Shown here in pieces: positions 46,277 to 46,405 of a stretch of DNA of 46,405 nucleotides. Both the position numbers and the translations under genes were made by a program. The stretch covers positions 1-46,405 of the forward strand of contig WJJX01000108.1 of NCBI GenBank assembly GCA_014729445.1, given 5' to 3'. Origin of the DNA: Candidatus Moraniibacteriota bacterium (GTDB lineage Bacteria > Patescibacteriota > Minisyncoccia > CAIUEV01 > JAHKAQ01). Numbering within the stretch: position 1 is the stretch's first letter; each line of letters opens with the position of its first letter. The notes under the pieces are model-generated. The model was given only the letters and a program-made list of their open reading frames with translations, was not told the origin of the DNA and did not search any database.

Positions 46277-46405
46277 AAGATTTTTTTTAATCTTTAAAAA
46301 TGGCTTAATTTAAACAAATAAGGCAAAAAGTGATTATAATTTATCAAATTAACAGGAAAAGAGCAAATTAAGGTTTAAATAAAGTTAAATTCAGCCTGAA
46401 TGTAA

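Noticed and set aside
1-46405. Searched by eye for CRISPR arrays, IS elements or transposases, integrases, toxin-antitoxin pairs, restriction-modification or other recognisable defence genes, rRNA, and signs of an alternative genetic code.
   Set aside because: I saw no regularly spaced direct repeats. No ORF has transposase, integrase, nuclease-methylase or toxin motifs. Conserved genes terminate normally at TGA, TAA or TAG at the expected lengths, so UGA is a stop here.

Overview
This is an AT-rich, very compact bacterial chromosome segment. About 42 protein genes and 2 tRNAs are present, and all but two genes (hpf, malic enzyme) lie on the minus strand with short or overlapping junctions. 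Standard code 11 applies, since conserved genes such as secE and glyA end in TGA. The gene content is consistent with a small-genome, monoderm-like bacterium, possibly Patescibacteria/CPR: type IV pilus genes without a secretin, compact RpoB/RpoC, scattered envelope-glycan genes and few biosynthetic genes. That taxonomic call is inference only.

Content from left to right:
- 25-7178: a type IV pilus locus with pilin, pilC, pilT, a CheY-like receiver, pilB, an unknown gene, and pilO-like and pilN-like genes, driven by a near-consensus promoter.
- 7196-10263: a wHTH / small-membrane / processive GT2 synthase / membrane-protein module directly downstream of rpoC.
- 10330-20927: rpoB-rpoC, uvrA and hpf.
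- 20949-25502: two unknown membrane-anchored proteins, a nucleotide-sugar dehydrogenase and a GT-C-like glycosyltransferase.
- 25627-34178: a ten-gene co-directional pyrimidine-deoxynucleotide array.
- 34229-36180: secE-nusG-rplK-rplA.
- 36397-46276: a PRTase-like protein, a Wzy-like protein, tRNA-Leu(GAG), rplS, malic enzyme, a five-repeat bPH membrane protein, a Tat-signal protein, tRNA-Ser(GCU) and manC.

The most interesting region is the pyrimidine array. It contains glyA, a Tmk paralog with a degenerate P-loop, a ParB/Srx-fold protein, a HAD phosphatase, a Dcd-fold protein that appears to lack the catalytic Glu, two double-length tandem-domain ThyX-like proteins sharing a Cys motif, a canonical tmk and a dCMP deaminase. 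I read it as a candidate non-canonical thymidylate or modified-pyrimidine pathway.

I saw no CRISPR array, transposase, integrase or rRNA. All functional calls rest on motifs read from the supplied translations; no database search was possible.
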